Shown in pieces: positions 60,481 through 64,000 of a DNA stretch of 64,000 nt (position 1 is the first letter of the stretch; each line of letters begins with the position of its first letter). The stretch is from assembly GCA_963705305.1 (NCBI GenBank), contig OY970067.1, positions 1,664,001 to 1,728,000 of the forward strand, read 5' to 3'. Below the pieces are notes generated by a model. The model had not been told where the DNA came from. It did no database searches and saw nothing but the letters and a program-made list of their open reading frames with translations. This DNA is from an uncultured Methylomirabilota bacterium (lineage in GTDB: Bacteria; Methylomirabilota; Methylomirabilia; Methylomirabilales; 2-02-FULL-66-22). Made by a program: the position numbers and the translations under genes.

Positions 60481-61210
60481 GATGCTGGTGGGGTACCCCC
60501 CTTCCCTCTGGCCCGGCGAGGACAGCATTCTGCTCGGGTGATGGGGTCGGCCACCCGCTAGGCGAATCCACCGCCACAGGCACGTGGCACCGCCAGCCGG
60601 GAGAAGACACACCCGCAGCCCGCCCGCACGCGGCGGGGATGGGCCGCGCAGCCGACGATCACGGGGTCCCGGCACGCCCGCCGAAGGCGCCCGATGCGGC
60701 GCGCCGCAGACGGCTTCGGCCCGGGACGTCGCCGGGCCGGGAGCTCCTCCGCCTTGCCCACGCCCGCGCCGCGCGCGGGTGCCGCAGCGTCCCGACGTTG
60801 CGGTGGAGACCCATCCACGCGCGGAACAGACCGCCCGCAACGGCGCGCAGGGCAAGCCCGCTGGATCTCCGGCGACCGGGGCCTGTGGACAACCACGGCA
60901 TGCTTCGCGGCAGGCCGCTGGCTCCAGAGTGAGAGAAAGCGCACCCGGGCAGCGGATTCTGTATTTCCAGGAGCCACAGGAGGTAGGGCATAAGAGATCC
61001 TACTTGCAACTCGCTGTACAGGGAGGGAATATTGAGACCCCCAGCGCCCATAACCGAGGCTATGGTGTCTTCCAACAGGGGTTCAACAGGCGAGGGAGAA
61101 AATCCCGCTGTCGGGCAAATTCAGGACGGATCTATTTGGCAGATTGGGGAATCTGACAGGGCGAAGTGAGGAACCTCTCGAACCCCCACTCTTCCGGAGA
61201 GCAGGAAACC

Positions 61211-61801
61211 ATGACGGAACACACGATCGTCTATTTTGACAGGCCCGGCAAAGAAAATACGGAGGCGGTGCTCCGCCTTGCCAACAAGCGGGCGCGGGAA
61301 CTCGGGATCACAAAGATCCTTGTTGCCTCCACCAGCGGGGACACAGCGGTCAAGGCGATGGACGTTTTCACGGGGCTGCGGGTAATCATTGTCACCCTCG
61401 CCACGGGAGCCAGGACCCCGAACACGCAGGAATTCACGGAGGCGAATCGGAAACTCGTCGAGGCCAAGGGCGGCACCCTCCTGACGACGACCCATGCGCT
61501 GGGCGGGCTCGTGCGCGCGATGAATCAGGTGACGCTTCCCCAAGCAGGCCAACCTGGGGCGGGGATCGACATCGTCGCGCAGACCTTGCGGGTGTTTGGA
61601 CAGGGGATGAAGGTGGTGTGCGAGATCGCCGCGATGGCGGCGGACGCCGGCCTCGTGCGGACGGATGAGGACGTGATTGCGATCGCCGGGACGGGAGCCG
61701 AAGGGCGCGGGGCCGATACCGCCGTCGTCTTGCAACCCGCCAATGCCCACAGATTCTTCGACACCCGGGTCAAGGAGATTCTCTGCAAACCCCGCCTCTA
61801 G
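61211..61801 (+). CDS. Stand-alone pyruvate kinase C-terminal (alpha/beta) domain protein
   Basis: Motifs YFDRPGKENT, VASTSG.TA, FGQGMKVVCEIAAMAADAG, GADTA and EILCKP. Confidence 0.85.
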   Translation: MTEHTIVYFDRPGKENTEAVLRLANKRARELGITKILVASTSGDTAVKAMDVFTGLRVIIVTLATGARTPNTQEFTEANRKLVEAKGGTLLTTTHALGGLVRAMNQVTLPQAGQPGAGIDIVAQTLRVFGQGMKVVCEIAAMAADAGLVRTDEDVIAIAGTGAEGRGADTAVVLQPANAHRFFDTRVKEILCKPRL

Positions 61802-61925
61802 GGGAATGGCTACAGACCGCAGAGCGGCCGTATTCGGGCGGGGCGGGACCCTCGCGACTGGTCGATGAGACGCGTGCCGGCGGCGAATGCACCCGGGATG
61901 CCATCGACGCCCCGGAGGGAAAGGC

Positions 61926-62705
61926 ATGGAACTCGGCTTACAAGGGAAGGTGGCGGTTATCACCGGGGGCACCAGTGGCATTGGCTTGGCCGCGGCACTG
62001 GAATTTGCCCGCGAGGGCAGCCAGGTCGCGATCTGCGGCAAGAATGAATCGAAGGTGGCCGCGGCGGCTGCCACGTTCCAGCGGCAGGCTCTCCCCGTGG
62101 TTGCCGAGCGCGTGGATGTGAGCCTCCCCCAGGAGATCAGCCAGTTTGCCGCCGCGGTCGTTGGGCGGTTCGGGCGGATCGATGTGTGGGTCAACAATGC
62201 CGGGATGGCCAGCCGGACACCGCTCCTGGACCTACCGCTCGAGGACTGGGAGCTGGTGCTCCGGACCAATCTGACGGCCGTGTTTTGGGGCATTCGGACG
62301 GCGGCCGGGTACATGCGGACGAGTGGCGGTGGGGCGATCATCAACACCTCGTCCTTCGCCGCAGTCATCCCCTCCGCCGGGGGGGCCGCGTACGCCGCCA
62401 GCAAATCCGGGCTCAGCGGGCTGACGAAGGTTGCCGCCGGGGAACTTGCGCCGTATCGCATCCGGGTCAATTCCGTGCTCCCGGGGCCTGTCGACACCCC
62501 GATGATGAAGACCCGATTAGCGACGGACTCCGACCGCATCGTGGCGAAGGTGGCCCTGCAGCGGGTGGGACACCCCGTCGAGCTGGCCAAGGTCTACACG
62601 TTCTTGGCGTCGGATGCGGCCAGCCTCATCACCGGGGCGGCGTTTGAGGTGAGTGGGGGAAAGCTGTGCATCCAGGAACCCCAGGCGCCCTGGACGGTCA
62701 AGTAG
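61926..62705 (+). CDS. SDR-family oxidoreductase
   Basis: Motifs TGGTSGIG, NNAG, YAASK and VLPG. Confidence 0.92.
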   Translation: MELGLQGKVAVITGGTSGIGLAAALEFAREGSQVAICGKNESKVAAAAATFQRQALPVVAERVDVSLPQEISQFAAAVVGRFGRIDVWVNNAGMASRTPLLDLPLEDWELVLRTNLTAVFWGIRTAAGYMRTSGGGAIINTSSFAAVIPSAGGAAYAASKSGLSGLTKVAAGELAPYRIRVNSVLPGPVDTPMMKTRLATDSDRIVAKVALQRVGHPVELAKVYTFLASDAASLITGAAFEVSGGKLCIQEPQAPWTVK

Positions 62706-63214
62706 CCATCGACAGGAAGCCCCCTTTTCCCAAAAGCCCAGGCCGCACTCGGCCCAGACTGTTCACAGGGACTTTGTTCACGATGGGAAAAGAGCCTGGG
62801 CATCCACTCTCTGAAGGCGCGAGAGGTTGGATAGAGAGAGAATCGGCAATCGGAGCATCTGCAGAATTGGCTCTTGTTGCAAGGCAGAACCCTGACGTGT
62901 GGACAGTACCAGCCTGCCGCCTGTGCCTCCAGGAATACGCGGATGCGAAAGACCTGGCAGGATCCTGTCGTCCGCAGAAATCACGCCGCCGGCTTTTCAA
63001 GCCCGTACCCATGATGAGGTCCGCCCAGAATCGATCGCGTCACGACCCCGGTGTCCTGCGGGAGCTCATGGCCTATGGTCGGGGCGGCTGGCACTCCGGG
63101 CGACGGCGCCGGCAGGCCCGGACCGAGACTGGCTGGCCTGCCTCCACGGATTGGTCCACTCTGAGGTTAGTATCCCGCAGGATCCCGCCTGACTGCCGGT
63201 TCACCCGCGCCGGT

Positions 63215-64000
63215 TCAATACGCCAACGCCCAGCCGTCGCGCCGCGGGTCCGATCCGGCCATCAGGAGACCGGTGGCCGGATGGCGCCGGATGATCTCGA
63301 TCGAGCAGGGGCCCTCCAACTCGCCGAGCACCACCACCCGGTGGCCCCGGGCGGCCAGCTCGCGGCGCACCTCCGGCGCAAAGCGGGCCTCCAGGCTGAG
63401 GGCGTCCGGGCACGCGTGAGGGTAATTGGCCTCCTGGCCGGGCTGGCTACTCGACCAGCGGGGCGCCTCGGCCGCCTGCTGGGGATCGAAGCCGAAGTCG
63501 ATCAGGGCCGTCAGGACCTGCAGGTTGATCTGGACCTGGTTATCGCCCCCCGGGGTGCCGAAGACGCCCCAGAGATCCCCGTCCTTGAAGATCATGGGCG
63601 GGTTCATCGTATGCCGGACCCGCTTCCCGGGCTGGAGACGATTGGGATGGCCCGGCTCGAAATGCCAGGGGGCCATGCGGTTGTTGAGGAGGATGCCGGT
63701 CCCCCCGGCGATGACGCCGGAGCCGAAGGCGCTGTTCAGGCTCTGGATGCCGGAGACGGCGTTCCCCTCGCCGTCCACGACGCCGAAGTAGGTCGTGTCG
63801 GTCCCGGCCAAGGGGCCGAGGGTCGGCAGGGGAGGTGCGGCCCGCCGCAGGTCGATTGCGGCCGCAAGCTGCGCCGCATGCGCCTTGGAGAGCACCTCGT
63901 CCAGGGGTGCCGTGAACCGGCGCGGGTCGGACGCGTACCGCTCCCGATCGGCGAAGGCGAGCTTCTTCGCTTCGACCAAGACATGGATGGTATCGGCCGT
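63215..64000 (-). CDS. ggt: Gamma-glutamyltransferase family protein (3' part; runs off the window end)
   Basis: LAFADR, autoproteolysis site DTT, GILLNNR, PGKRVRHT, GTPGG and GSDPRRDG. Confidence 0.9.
   Translation of the reverse strand, partial: TADTIHVLVEAKKLAFADRERYASDPRRFTAPLDEVLSKAHAAQLAAAIDLRRAAPPLPTLGPLAGTDTTYFGVVDGEGNAVSGIQSLNSAFGSGVIAGGTGILLNNRMAPWHFEPGHPNRLQPGKRVRHTMNPPMIFKDGDLWGVFGTPGGDNQVQINLQVLTALIDFGFDPQQAAEAPRWSSSQPGQEANYPHACPDALSLEARFAPEVRRELAARGHRVVVLGELEGPCSIEIIRRHPATGLLMAGSDPRRDGWALAY

Noticed and set aside
61121..62590. 489-aa minus-strand ORF
   Set aside because: Antisense shadow of the PK_C and SDR genes.
1..64000. CRISPR array, tRNA or rRNA genes
   Set aside because: No regularly spaced short direct repeats, cloverleaf or rRNA-like sequence seen by eye; no covariance scan was run.

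Overview
Bacterial accessory region rich in IS elements and devoted to solute uptake and catabolism. I found no rRNA, tRNA or CRISPR array. Left part (1-21 kb): a Liv-type ABC operon, a GntR regulator, a Dpp/Opp-type ABC transporter, a three-subunit HcnABC/opine-oxidase-like flavin/Fe-S amine oxidase and an MFS transporter. These are interspersed with IS5, IS200, IS3, IS1634 and integrase-core transposase remnants. Centre (21-59 kb): a large sugar/cyclitol-type catabolic cluster arranged as two divergent, paralogous arms, each headed by a GntR. It holds 3 CUT1 solute-binding proteins, 2 permease pairs, an IolD-like ThDP enzyme, a Gfo/Idh/MocA dehydrogenase, 2 TIM-barrel isomerase/epimerase-family enzymes, HpcH- and DapA-family aldolases, 4 beta-hydroxyacid dehydrogenases, SDRs and tdh. 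The most notable observation is four paralogues of a ~290-aa protein family I cannot assign to any family I recognise. Each is built from two tandem repeats carrying YFxS(D/E)HW and HxH motifs, and each lies next to transport or sugar-modifying genes, making them candidate new metalloenzymes in an undescribed catabolic pathway. Also notable: four separate frameshifts share the context GACGTC->GACGTTC (probably a methylation-linked sequencing artefact), and there is a possible orphan IS110-type non-coding end. Right end: small hypothetical genes, a PK_C-domain protein, an SDR and a partial ggt. All product calls come from reading motifs by eye; no database searches were run.
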